Assembly (NCBI GenBank): GCA_025558095.1
Contig: JAIVFI010000008.1
Coordinates: 186,001 to 250,000, forward strand
Reading direction: 5' to 3'
From: Hyaloraphidium curvatum SAG 235-1
Lineage: Eukaryota; Fungi; Monoblepharomycota
Length of the DNA stretch: 64,000 bases
The position numbers and the translations under genes were made by a program. This document shows, piece after piece, positions 22,444 through 34,746 of the stretch (position 1 is the first letter of the stretch; every line of letters starts with the position of its first letter). The notes beneath the pieces were generated by a model. The model searched no databases. It was not told the DNA's origin and worked only from the letters and a program-made list of their open reading frames with translations.

Positions 22444-23952
22444 ATGGCTACGTCGGCGTCAGCTGCGGCGCCGGCCACTCGTGGTCCGAATCCGGCTTCA
22501 AGTTCCTCGACGCGTCCTCCGCGGCAAGTCACCACGGCCATCCTTCTTGACCCGGCGACGTCGGAAGCTCTGCTGCTGAAGCGCTCGGCGCTCGTCAACA
22601 GCTACAGGCACAAATGGGCGTTCGTCTCCGGAAGCATGGAAGCGGGCGACGCGTCGCCTATGGCACGTGCGGCGACCGAGGTCGAGGAGGAGACGGGGCT
22701 GGGTCCGCGGGACGCTCAGCTCGTGCGGGCGGGCAGACCGCAGAGGATCGTCGATGAGCACGGCGTCGTCCGGTTCGTCGTGCATCCTTTCCTTTTCCGG
22801 CTCGCCGAAGGAGCGCGGAATCGTGTCAAACTAGACTGGGAGCACGAGGACCACAAGTGGGTCGATCTGGACGCTGTTTGGGAGCACGATACGGTGCCGG
22901 ACCTCGTTCGGACTATTCTCCGCGTCTGGGTTCCTTCAGAGATTGAGCACGGACTAGATTCTTTGGTGGCGGATCGAACTTCGGGGGCCCAGGAGCTACT
23001 CGTTGCGGCTCTGCTGCTCCTGAAAACGTGCGGCGAGCCGAGCGTCGTGGAAAGATGCCGGGCAATAGCTCCAATTGACGATCCGCAATCTGCATTCTCG
23101 CATGCCGTTTCGATGGCGTATCTCATCAAGACTGCTCGCCCCAGCATGGCCTCTGCCATATCCACCGTCTGTTCGAGCATTCTCGCGGACCTGCGCAACC
23201 GACTCGACACCATGGATGCCCCGGATCTGGTCTTTTCGGAGCTAGCATTATTGATTGATCGGACCGTCGAGGAAAGGAGGAGCATTCAGGACCGTATCTC
23301 CTCCAACCTTGCCGATCTTGCCCAATCCTTGGGCTCGGACAAGCTGGAAATCGCGACTCATTCGCTGTCTTCAACCATCCTTCGCGCGCTACTCCACCTT
23401 GGATCCCTTTCTCTCCCGAAGCTACATGTCAGCGTCACCGAGTCGCGGCCCCTTTTCGAAGGCGTTTCTTTGGCTCGCCGGCTGGCCGAAGCCGGAATCT
23501 CCAGCACTCTCATGACCGACGCTTCTGTGTTGCAGCTTTTGAAGACCAGACCTGTTGATTTGGTACTCATTGGTTCTGACCAGCTGATTCCACCTTCTCC
23601 CGATCGTCCCACCGGAGCAGCTGTCAACAAGGTCGGGTCGGCCCCGTTGGCATTGGCTGCTGCATATGTGCGCCAGACGCAGCCGCATCGGAAGCTCGAC
23701 ATGTACGTGGTCTCTTCGACGGACAAGCTGTCGGATTCGCATCCGGCGGCGGAGCTGAACGATGCCAGCGAGTTGACGGCAGCGTACAAGGATCCGCTCC
23801 CGGATGCCGTGGAGATTGTCAACGACTACTTCGAGGAGATTCAGGGCGACCTCGTCAAGGGCTACGTCACGGAAAAGGGGATCCTGGATGCTGCAGGCTT
23901 GGCGGACGTCTGGACGCGACTGAAAGAGGCGCAGCAGGTTTGGGAGATGTAA
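22444..23952 (+). CDS. Nudix hydrolase fused to an eIF2B-alpha/beta/delta-like (sugar-phosphate isomerase fold) domain; intronless
   Basis: Nudix box GSMEAGD...ATEVEEETGL with LDWEH; C-terminal DRTSGA.EL, RPSMA, THSLSST, ESRPLFEG, IGSD, NKVGS, NDYFE, VTEKG. Confidence 0.88.
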   Translation: MATSASAAAPATRGPNPASSSSTRPPRQVTTAILLDPATSEALLLKRSALVNSYRHKWAFVSGSMEAGDASPMARAATEVEEETGLGPRDAQLVRAGRPQRIVDEHGVVRFVVHPFLFRLAEGARNRVKLDWEHEDHKWVDLDAVWEHDTVPDLVRTILRVWVPSEIEHGLDSLVADRTSGAQELLVAALLLLKTCGEPSVVERCRAIAPIDDPQSAFSHAVSMAYLIKTARPSMASAISTVCSSILADLRNRLDTMDAPDLVFSELALLIDRTVEERRSIQDRISSNLADLAQSLGSDKLEIATHSLSSTILRALLHLGSLSLPKLHVSVTESRPLFEGVSLARRLAEAGISSTLMTDASVLQLLKTRPVDLVLIGSDQLIPPSPDRPTGAAVNKVGSAPLALAAAYVRQTQPHRKLDMYVVSSTDKLSDSHPAAELNDASELTAAYKDPLPDAVEIVNDYFEEIQGDLVKGYVTEKGILDAAGLADVWTRLKEAQQVWEM

Positions 23953-24094
23953 CAAAGGACCGCTCCCGTGCAGGAGTGTTAAGAGACAGAGGTCTACAGG
24001 GAGGTCTGACAACCAGGCAACAGAAGAAGCCAACGAAACGCAACGTCCATCCGTGCGGAAGCCACCATGCAAAAGTGCAGCGATCCGGAGACAA

Positions 24095-25003
24095 TCAATC
24101 GTCCTCCGTGAGGTCCACTGTCAGAACGCCTCCAACAACCTTGGACTTGAATCTCTTCGCCGGCTGCTCGCTCTTGACCTCAACCGCCTCGTTCTCCCGC
24201 TTCACGCGCGGACCAGCCTGAGTGGCCGCGGCGGGCGGCGCACCCAGGCGTTCCTGAGCTTGGTTGCCCGCTTGTCTGGCCTCGGCAGGTAGATGGAAAC
24301 CGAGGGCTTCGAGGAGCGGACGGCTGCGATATTCAAGCACGAGGGTCGCGAGCGGCCTGTTGCCGACCCTGTGTCCAACAACGAAACTCGTGAGCTTGCC
24401 AGGAAGTGCATCTCCGTACGCTGTTAGGCAGAACGATACTCAGTATCCAACTGCGTTGCGACGTTCTGGAAACTCACATGTCGTGTGCGACAGGAAACCT
24501 CCCTTCTTGGCTTTCTCATGGATAGAAACCTGCTGGTCTTTCGACGACTCCGATGTGCCCGTGGCCCTCGTCCCCATCCTGGTGTAACTCCAGAATTCTA
24601 TCTTCATCTGCCCGCCGGGAACGCCGTTCCTCTTCTGTTCTTCTAGAAGTTGCTCGGCGCCTTCGTCATCGTCGGTAACGAGCTTCACGGAGGCGAACTT
24701 GAAAGGCCGCGTCGACCCGTCGTTCTGAACCGCTCCTTTCAGGACGTAAGGCGTAAATCCCGAGAAGATCCAACCGGCGACTTCTTTGCCGTCGATGAAG
24801 GGGCGCGCCATGATTTCCGAGAACCGGGTGGCCTGCGTCGCTTCGAGATGAATCTCGAAGAACTTGCCGGTGGCGGACTCGACGTAGACAGTCCTCAACG
24901 GCGAGCCGTCCGCAGTGGCGGTTGCGGCCCCGTCCTCGCCGTATTCCGGGGCAGCGACGCCGTCCACGACCAGCGTCGCTTTGTACCCGTTGACGGACGG
25001 CAT
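24095..25003 (-). CDS. Conserved fungal protein of unknown function (DUF7918-like)
   Basis: VVDGVAAPEY, YVESATGKFFEI, FIDG, RPFKFA, IHEKAKKG..LSHT, YRSRPLLEALG; spliced. Confidence 0.6.
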
Positions 25004-25230
25004 CTCCACCCGGAGAACGCACCGCGAAAAGGCGCGGGAATGAGGTCAAGTTCGTGGGACCGGAGAACCGTTGCGACGCGCCATCACCTTCCCCCCATCT
25101 GAGGGCTGCGAAAAGACCAGTCAATTCACAAAAGCGAATCAACTACATGCAGCTCTCAGCCAAAGACATCATTTCGCGCGAAGAAAAGCCACGGGGACTG
25201 AGCCTACACCGAACCGAACCACTCAAAAGC

Positions 25231-27305
25231 CTAGACGGAACCAACCCTCTCGACGTGCTTCCCCCGCCGCACCCTGGCGAACATTTCGAAAACTGTAAGG
25301 ACCACGCAGATGCTCGCAACGATGGCCATGAGCGTGAAGCTGTTCAGGTTCTTGTATCCGAGCGGAATGAGGGCGATCAGGACTGCCGAAGCGATGCCGG
25401 CGCCCTTCTTGACCCATCCCGGCGTCACGGTGTGACCGTCGGCGGGATAGACATGCGTAACCGAGAGCAGCGTGAGCAGCAAGAGGATCGGCGCGAGCGT
25501 GCCGCAGAATGCCCATGCTTCGATATAATGTCAGTACACGACAAGGAACTAGGAGCTTTAACGGCATCTTACCGTAGGCGGAGCTGAGGTATGGCAGGCT
25601 ATCTCCGTCACCTGCTCGCGGCATCAGCTTGGGCTTGGACGACAAGTACTGGTTGTAGGTCAGCCCGTCGTTCGCGGCAACCAAAGCACCGGAAACTGCT
25701 CCGGAGAGGATGATGAAGCCGAACAGGGGGAAGTGGAGGTTGACCCAAAACAGGCCTGCGAGCGCATGCCTCCTGAGTGCGTGACGCTGGATCTTGGAGA
25801 TGCCCTCAAAGTAGACCCTGTTTGCCGAGCGTTAGGAAAGCCGACGAGAGGAAAAGGGCATGCAGCTCACCAGCGCAAACACATTGCAATCAAAAGACCG
25901 CAGATGGCCTTACCGAACCGGAACCAGTCGAGCGTGGATTCGATTTGGGTGTAGATGACGCCCACAGCGTACTCTCCGAGCGCGATGATGACAAACAGCC
26001 CGTGCCGCTCCGCGACGTGCTCAATGTTCAGGGCCGTACGGTATTCAGGCAGGCTGAACCCAAGCTTGCCAGGGCCAAAAACGTCCCAGTATCTAATCAT
26101 GAAGACCATGGCGGTGTAGAGGAACATCTCCATCAGAATTCCGATCCACAGAAGGGCCATAGTCAACGAATAATCCGTGGGGAACGTGATCCAGGCTCCT
26201 AGATAGACCAGGGAGGGCAGCACGACGTTGATCATGCTGGCCAAGAGGTTGAAGCGGAACTTTGGAAAGAGCACGAAGTAGAACGCATGGAGCAAGAACA
26301 TGGTGAGACGGTTGACGAGGTAGAACGCAATGAAAAGGCGTCCCGTGCCCATCGTAAACACTTGTCCCGCGCAAACACCCATTCCGACCACAAGGGTCGC
26401 GATCCAAAAGGTGAGTGCAGATGTGAAGAGGTCGTCCGACGCCCAAATGTTGTTGAAGGACGTCCAATCGAACCAGGTCCTCAACACTGGTCCAAAAAGC
26501 ACGAAATACTCGTCCAATGTTGTCCAAGAGGGCGCTGGGCTAAAGTGGTGGCCTTTGTTTTGCGGACGGAATGGTGGTCAAGGGTCTGGAGCGGCAAAAC
26601 ACTTCCGCCGGGCTCACCTAGTTTCGCGATGACGGCAACGTAGATGAGATCGTAGAAGAGCTCGAGCCAACTCGTCTTTCTTTCCTCCGGTGACCTGTGG
26701 AGAGCGCCGTTCTTGAAGTACTGCTTCACTCTCGGCCTTTGGAAGAGGACGTCGCCAGCCGTGATCTCGCCTTCGACATGGTCTTCGGATGCCTTCTTCT
26801 TTGTCGTGCCGAACCGCCCAAGGACGGCCTCATCCGTGTGTTTTTCGATGAACTGCGTCTGCGCGCCGAGCTCCCCAAAGGTAGAATCCAAAGTGTGCTT
26901 GGCGTGCTCGTGGACCGCCGAGGTGATATCCTCGTCCGTCAGGCGCCGGTGGATGGCCTCAGCAGATCCTAGCTCCTTCCTGAACCGGGAAAGCTGCTGG
27001 TCCAGCGCCGCAACCTTGGCCGAGAGCGCCTTGACGTGCTCCTTGCTTCCGAGAACGCAAACGAGTTCCTCTTCGGGCGCGGCCTCATTCTCGTCCTCGC
27101 TGGCCTTTTCCGTCTCGTCGTCCCCGTCGCAGAATACGTCGTTCAAGGCCTGGTCTTCCTGAGTCGGGGGCCCGTCCGCCGGCGGCATGTCGTCCGCCGA
27201 CCGAACGACGCGGACCCGGACGTTCCCAATGTCAATCGCCGACGACCATGACGCCACGGTCGTCGGAGATGGCGGCGCGTCGCTGAACGACGTCGACGGC
27301 TCCAT
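25231..27305 (-). CDS. Low-temperature requirement A (LtrA)-family membrane protein, multi-exon
   Basis: KTSWLELFYDLIYVAVI and HVAERHGLFVIIALGE signatures; multiple hydrophobic segments; acidic/coiled N-terminal extension. Confidence 0.88.
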
Positions 27306-27947
27306 CTTGCGCCGGGCAGCGAGCGAGAGAGCGGGGTGCGTGAGATCTCGGATGGACCCACCCTCGTAATCGATCTGGGCTGCCTGAAAGCCAAACGACC
27401 CCCCGGGACGATCTCACAATCAATCCGAATCATTTGTCCATCGCGGGCACTCGGATGTTGCCTTTCCATTGCTTTGACTGCCGCATGCGTGGAGAACGGG
27501 ACAATAACAATAGAGCTGCATCAGGCGATATGCATGTAGGTCGTGAATGGGGAGATGGAGGAAGGTGGAACTCTTCTCAGCCAATTCTAGTTGCGACGAA
27601 GGTCATGACATTCTTCTTCTTCATCTTTCGTGGATGTAAGGGATGGAGAAGCGCGGGGGACTTGGGGACTTGGGGGATCGATCACCGATGCAATGAGGGT
27701 AGGTCTTTATCGGTTTCCACGAAATCGTTCCGCAACAGGTCCCCCGCAACCGGTCTCCATTCCCCCCCAGGCTAGAGCAGGGAGAGCAGGCACGGAGCAG
27801 CCGCGGCTCAGACATCGAGCGCAGGGCATTGCATTCGGCCGCGACGACGGGGCGGACCGGAATTGCCAGCCGATAAGCGACTCGAGCGAACCGCCCTCCC
27901 CGACCATGCTCCCCCCCCGTCATTCCGCACGTAGCCGGGCTCGCCCC

Positions 27948-29071
27948 ATGGCAAAGGCCCTGTGCTTCGCCGGACTGCTGCTCCACCTGGGTTCGGCACC
28001 GATGGCGGCCGCCGAGGAGCCGGGCATGTACAACGGCGGGCTCTTCTACGTGAGTGCACATCGCATGCTCCCCGCTCGAGGACGTCGCTCAGTCATGGAC
28101 CGCCATCGCCCATGCGTTTAATTCCATTCGCGGTCCTTGAACTTTGGTAGAGAACATGTGGGTTCCTGCACGAGTGTGACATGCTCGTGCATCTCGCTGA
28201 TGGTCTTCCTTTCTAGCCTACATTCGCTCCATCCTCGGTTCGAATGCGGAGGAGGTCTCTGCTTTCAACCTTCAGTTCTTCAACGCCGCAACTCGTGCCG
28301 GCTCCCGGGGGTTCTTTGTCCTGGATGACTTTGATTCGTGAGACTTGCGAACGCTCGCGTACCACTCTGCTAAGCGCAACTGCACAGCTACGTCGCAGGC
28401 TACGAGGTCAACGTGACGACGATGCTGCCTTTGGAGACCGCTCTTACACGCAAGCTGAGCGACGGCAACCCGATGACGGGCGCATTCCTGAACGTGGGTA
28501 AATCAGGATGCTGACCACGAGGTCCTAACCATGTCACGCCCAATCAGGGAGATGCAACCGATGCTACGAACCTCATCTACACCGACACGATCATGAACAC
28601 CCCGGCCATCGTCGATCCGACCGGCTTCAACGTGACTTTTAAGCTGCGATCGCAGATGACGCGGAAACTCAACAGCTACGACTGGGATATTGCAAACTAC
28701 ACGGGGCGCTTCTACGATGCGCCGCTGGTGCTGGGAGCAGAGTACGATCCGAGCGACAAGGACATGGTGGGGTTCTTCTATGCTGAAGCTCTATTGTGTT
28801 GGCTAATCGTGGCCGTCTTCAGCTCACCGTCACCCTGACCCTCAAACGGCCGCTCGTCCGGTCGTCAACGACCGAGTACGGCATCAAGTACAAGAACACC
28901 AACACGGGATTCTTCTTTTACTTTCCCCCGGCGCCGCCAGCAGACACCCAGCGCACTCCCGCCAACACGGGAGTTGTGACGAAGCAGGAGCCTGAGCTCA
29001 GCTCGGGAACCCGGTTGTTCTCGGGGCTGGGGATCCTGCTCTCCATGCTGGTGCTCCTGCTTCAGATATAG
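27948..29071 (+). CDS. Secreted, probably GPI-anchored protein of unknown function, multi-exon
   Basis: Signal peptide MAKALCFAGLLLHLGSAPMAAA; several N-x-T sites; C-terminal SSG plus hydrophobic tail LFSGLGILLSMLVLLLQI. Confidence 0.65.
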
Positions 29072-29147
29072 GACTTATCGAAATCGCGCATGTCGAATAT
29101 TGCATTCGTGGTAGTTGGTCGTTGGAATATGTCTCAAAACAAGCATG

Positions 29148-30247
29148 TTATGCGGGCTCTTGCTGGGTGATACAATGAATGCCTTGCCGAAGCCATCGTC
29201 AGACCATCGGAGCGTCCAGGATCAAGACTGAAATGACCTACCTCCGCCAAAGGCGAATATGTTACGAGCGGGAAGAAGCTCCACCATTCGGTCGGGGTAC
29301 TGCTCCCTCAAGATAGCCGCGGCTTCCGCATCCCTCGGGTCGTCAAATGCGCAAAGAATAACGCAGTCGTTGCCCACGTAGTGGTTCACGTAGCTAAAGT
29401 CGACCCACTGGCCATCTTCGTCCCGCAGCACTGTCGGCGCTAGCAGCTCGATCACCTCGAGCTTGCGGCCTTTCGCATCCGTCGATGAGCGCAGGTGCTC
29501 TATAACCTGCTTCGAGACTTCGTGGTCCGGGTGTTCAGGATTCGGCTGGAAGTGGGCCACGACAACTCCGGGCCGGACAAAGGCGGCGACAATGTCGATG
29601 TGGCCCTTGGTACCAAAAGTATCGTAGTCCTTCGTGAGGCCCCGCGGAACCCAAATGGCCTTAGTTGTTCCCAGATTTGCGTGAATTTCGCGTTCGACGT
29701 CCTCCTTGGTCCAGCCGGGGTTACGTTGCGGATCGAGCTGGACAGTCTCCGTAAGCAGGACCGTCCCGTCTCCATCGACGTGTATACCGCCTCCTTCATT
29801 GACGAGCTGAGAAGCGATAAGCTCGGCTTGAGCGAGTTCGGCAACCTTCTGCCCGATGAGAGAATCCTTGTCCCAATTTGCCCACGTCGCACGTCCCCAG
29901 CCGTTGAAGATCCAATCGACGGCCTTGAGCTGCCGATTGCCCTCCTCTGGCACGATGCCCGGGCCGTAAACGAAGGTCGGTCCGATGTCCCGCATCCAGC
30001 TGTCGTTCAGCTCCGCCGCGACCACGGTGACGTCGGAGCTCACGCAGCTCCTGGCAATCTCAACGTCCTCGGCCCTGGCGAGCATGACCACGGGCTCGTA
30101 ACGCGCGATGGCATTGGCAACGGCCGACCACGCGTCCCTTGCCGCCGCGAGCAACTCATCGTCGCTGAAAGTCGAGTTCAGGCACGGAAACGCCATCCAG
30201 CAGCGTTTATGAGGCGCCCATTCAGGCGGCATCCACAGAGAGCCCAT
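29148..30247 (-). CDS. aguA: Agmatine deiminase (Porphyromonas-type peptidyl-arginine deiminase family), one intron
   Basis: MPPEWAPH..CWMAFP; DSWMRDIGP; EGGGIHVDGDGT; GHID; SYVN; intron 29183-29241 joins to GGGIHCITQQEPA then stop. Confidence 0.93.
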
Positions 30248-30679
30248 CGTTGGGGTGGGTACGCGGATTCGCAGTGTTTATCGGGCGTGGCGTCTCGGAT
30301 CTCGGAGCCCGCCGCCCGCCCCTGGTCGGCACCCCCGGTCGAGAGCCCGAATATACTCCAATAGCGTTACAAAAGAGCTCTGCGATTCCCTCCGGTTATC
30401 ATTGCGGCCTCGTTTCCTGGAAGCCGAAGAGCACTCGAACGCAAGGGAGGGGAGTTGGAGCCCGGACTCCGGCTTCATGACGGCGTCTGTGAAGCACCGG
30501 CGAGAGCGAAGACTGTAGGTAGCACATGGAAAGCCATTGAACATGCAGTTTATCGACCGTTTGCTTTGCCCCATGGGGCGAAAGACAAACCAGTTCCGTG
30601 CGACGTGCGCCCTCGGAAACTCCGATTGAGCTACCCACACGAACCCAGCTTCCTGCTACACTCTCGGGGGCAATATGGG

Positions 30680-31440
30680 CTACAAGCGAAGTTGCTCTTG
30701 CTGAAGCCTCCACAGAAGGTGGAGGGAGCAGGCCGGAGTCGCCTTGCACGACTTGCTCGGATCCAACGTCTCTCGCGACCTTAGCGGCGACCTCCGGCGC
30801 GTGGGCCCCTGCCAACCCGGCAATTCCGGCATCCAAAGCACAGGAGGCGGGCACAACCTGCGTTCGACTGCAAGTTTGGAGGCGATGAGACCGGCCGGGC
30901 GCGCTGGGGCCACCTGGGCACCGACGGCACGGGCAAGCACAGCGATTGCGAGTCCAATGAGCAGAGAAAGAGCGGCGGTGAATGCGGCGCCGCGCGAGGG
31001 ACGCGGCGTCGACAGGGGTGGCGGGCGACCGTGGTGGTCTCCGCCGACCAGCACGTCCAAATGCACACCGTTCTCCGCGTCCTTGAACGACCGCATGGCT
31101 CCAGCGTAGCGCCGCACCCATCCGTGGTCCGAGACGGCGGCCACCAGCCTGTTCAGGTGACGCCGGTTGACCAGCACGTTGACGTCGTAAGTTGCCCGCC
31201 GATGCCCATGCGCGTGGCACGCCACCGCCCCGACAATCGCGTACGGCACCTTCTGCGCCTTCAGCACGCGTGCAAGGACCTCGGCGGACGCGGCAACGGG
31301 GCCCGGAAGTGTGGAAAGGGGCTCGCCGAGGACGCGTTGCCCCGCGCCTGGCCGCGCCAGACCGGAGTCCGGAGCATCGCAGCGAGCCGCCGCAATGGGA
31401 GGTCATGCAAGCTAGCCAAAACACGGGCCGTTGCTCTCAT
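30680..31440 (-). pseudogene. Bacterial-type nucleotidyltransferase-like gene, degenerate or with an uncertain 5' end
   Basis: VLARVLKAQKVPYAIVGAVACHAHGHRRATYDVNVLV...FKDAENGVHLDVL...LIASKLA; no in-frame ATG without an intron or frameshift; DxD motif reads DVN. Confidence 0.55.
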
Positions 31441-31666
31441 AGTGGTTCGACGTCGATCGCCGACACGCGCGATGGTAGCGGAACGCATCGCGATCAAGGG
31501 CTCAATCGCGCAGGCAGCGCGAATCAGCACGCGATGAGCACATCGTCCACCTCGACATCCGCCGCTTGGACGGCTTAATCTCGCCGGGGAACCCCTCGGC
31601 TATCGCCCCTCCCTCGTAGCCGGCTGTGGACGCGGAATCGGCTGCGCTGCCGCGCGCCAAGGCGGG

Positions 31667-32647
31667 ATGGCAGACAAAAGGACAACGCGGCACACCGAGC
31701 CGGCCGGCCCCGATAAGGCCCCCGGAACACCCGCCGAGGTGAGCATACGATGGAGCACCGCGCATCGGGGGTCGAGGCGCGGAAGGCGCGGGAATTTGGG
31801 GAGGGCATCTGCCTCCCATGTGCCACTTTGCTTCTCTTCCACCCTTTCGATGCTCCGACCATGCGTCGGATGGATCCGAGGGAATCTTCATCGGCTCCTA
31901 TGCTAATCGAATCCCCGTTTCCCATGCTCCTTCGCCCAGGCGCTGTTCGATGCCGACGTCGCGACCGTCCGACCATCATCGACCAAGCGCGCCACCTCGG
32001 AAAGACGGCAACCGTCACCCTCGCCGGCCGAGAAACGCGGAAAGCGGCGCGCTACTGCGACGACCGAGGACGTCGACGATGTGGCATCGAGAAAAAAGAG
32101 GCCGCAGCGCGCATCGGACGCACACTTCGATCCGGACGTGACCTTTGTCGACGACGGCGGCATCGAGATCGCGATCGCCGACCACGAAGAGTACGACTAC
32201 GGGTACGAGCCCGTGCTCGACCGTCCGAAGCGGAGCACGGCGCGGCAGCTCAAGTACGAGGAGTCGGACGATGCCTCCAGGGACTTTGACTCGGACTCGG
32301 GCGGGCGCCGGGCTTCCAAGAGGGGCTCGCGGTCCAGCACGGCGGCGACTCCCGCCAAGAGGAACCTGCGATCCGCTCCGAGGGCCGGAGTCCAGCAGCC
32401 GAGCGGGCGAATGGGGCACCGCGCCAACCATCCGAAGGAGACCATCGACACCCTCAGCGACTGGATGGCCGCGCACACTGCCAACCCGTACCCGACCGAG
32501 GACGAGAAGGCCGTGCTCATGGAGGAGACGGGCCTCAACCTCCGCCAGGTGAACGATTGGTTCATAAACGCCCGCCGGCGGCTCTTGCCGAAGCTCTTGG
32601 CCGCTGAGGCTAGCACGGAGAAGGAGAGGCAGAGAAAGGCTCGGTAG
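31667..32647 (+). CDS. TALE-class (KN-type) homeodomain transcription factor
   Basis: L.DWMAAHTANPYPTEDEK...LNLRQVNDWFINARRR (PYP loop, WFINARRR helix 3); first exon MADKR...PAE joined by phase-0 intron 31739-31940. Confidence 0.9.
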
Positions 32648-33788
32648 GGACGTATTGTGCTTGGGAATGTATCATCTGGGGAGTTCACGGAGGTGTAATG
32701 TCGTAACTCGGATTCCCATCGGAGGGAAACAACCGCAAGTGCTTGACGGCCGCACTAAGGTGTGGGAAGGAAGACGGGCAAGAAGAACGAAGCTTGCGGG
32801 CTGGTTTCGCAACTCGAGATCGAGGAAGCGATCAAGTAAGGGCCGAGAGCGGCGGAGCCCAGCTGCGGAGGGAACTTTATGGAGGTCGGGAAGGCCGACG
32901 AGGGCATCCGCGGTGGCATGTGGGGCATCCCGAGCGAGAGGGCCGTGAAGCAGATCTTTAGTCGAAGAGGGAGCCGGCGGCCGGCCCTTATTTGGAAGAC
33001 GGCTGAGCGGTCGGCCGAGCTTCCGCGTCATAAAGGGAAGGGGAGGTCCTCGGCGAAGTCCCTGACGGAGCTGGAACGGCGTGCGCGCTCCCTCGACCAC
33101 GGTCCTCGCACGCAGACGTCGTTCTCGTCTCCGGCACGGTCTGCGGCCCAGGTTCTACGCAAGATCAGCGACCGTCCAAAAGCGTGGAAAACGCGAGCAG
33201 ACGCAGCCCTCGACTCGGTGCCGGTACGAGAACATGGCAGCGACACTCCAGGATTCCCAAACGCCAACGCCATTATGCCACGTTTGGTTTCGTGAGCCAG
33301 CTGGAGGAACCGGGGAACCGGGAGGAGCTTGCCGGGCGGGGTTTGCTGTGTGAGTGGCGGCGGCCGGCCGCATTATTGCCGCCGCTGGCCGGTCAACTCC
33401 CATCCCACCTGCTGGCGGTCCGCTTCCGCCTCCCCCAAACCTTGTCGATGCTCAGGCAGCCCGACGTCGCCTCAAAACCCCGATCCGGCCGGATTCCCCG
33501 AGGGCAAAAAATGGATGATGGCCGGCGGTCACCAGCCCGGTAATCCTCCGTCCAGCCCGCCGATTCTCGCCCAACCGCGATTGCACCTCGAGATCAGCGG
33601 ACTTTTCCTACGACTTTACCGTGGGATCGGATTCATCCCCCGGAGGGAGGCTCAGAAACCGTCAACTTCCGGCGAACTTGCGCACCCAAGGACCCTTCTG
33701 CGGCCCGCCGACAGCGGAACCGCACCGAATCGCGCCGCCCCACGGAATCTCCCCCTCGGCCCCGCCGCCGCGCCGCCCCGCCGCAACG

Positions 33789-34746
33789 ATGAAGCTTCTG
33801 TTTGCCGTCTTGGCCCTAGGGGTGGCGCTCGCCGCGCCGGCCCTCGGGTGCGTTTAACGCGTAGCTGTTTCCTTTCCCGAGGCTAACTTTCCCTCCCGCC
33901 CGCCAGAGTGCCGGTGTCGACCCTAGTCGAGCGTGCGGACGGGATTGAGGGCGTGAGTACCACGGTCGTGTTCAGGCGCAGCTGCGGGCAGTGCGCGGAC
34001 AACGAGTTTTGGTGGGTCCTGTCATCGCCCGTCGGGTTTCTCGGAAGCTGACCCGTCCGGCAGCGACTACGGCTACCCAGGCGCCCCCGAAGACCACGTT
34101 GCCTGCGTGGAATACGCATCCGAGAGCGCACTGTTCCGCAGAGTGGGTCCTGCTGCCACCAACCCCGGCTATGCTGATCCCGCCACCAGTACACCCCCAT
34201 TGGGGACACACACGTCTGCTCGAGCCCCGGAACAAACCTCATTGCGAACCCCGGCTTTGAGCTTGATGCCAACGGCGCTACCGCACCCACGAATTGGACC
34301 CTTGGGGGAGACAACTCCCGATCGGGCGTTCGAGTCACCACGACAAACACGGGCATCGGTACCCGTTACTGGAGGGCCGGCAGCACCGTTAGCACGAGCA
34401 ACAGTGGCTCCATCTCCCAGACCATCACCACGGTGCCAGGGGTGACCTACACCTTTACCTCGGTGCAAGCGGCGCGATAATCGACACCGCATATTTCGAG
34501 CCAATCTTTGCACCCGCCACTTTGGCCTCCTCGACTGGTGGGCCAGGCCTCACGGTGGACCTCTCCAACAGGGCGGGCAAATCCAGCGGCTTCGGAGCCA
34601 ACGTTGGCACACAGAGGGTTGCAGACGTGCAATACTCTTACTCCGTCATCGCCACCTCTGATTCGACGACAGTGCAGCTCGCGTACACGGTGACCACGAC
34701 CGCCGCTTTCGCGTTCCTGGACAATATCTCCGTGTCTTGCTCATGA
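33789..34746 (+). CDS. Secreted protein with a small Cys-rich N-terminal region and a CBM4/9-like beta-sandwich domain, multi-exon
   Basis: Signal peptide MKLLFAVLALGVALAAPALG; NLIANPGFE...NWT...ISQTITTVPGVTYTF...FLDNISVSC. Confidence 0.65.

Noticed and set aside
28230-28255. GGTTCGAAT as a tRNA T-loop
   Set aside because: No cloverleaf context; lies within the intron region of the 27948 gene
32672-33300. Short ORFs between the homeobox gene and the secreted protein
   Set aside because: No recognisable domain or consistent splice structure
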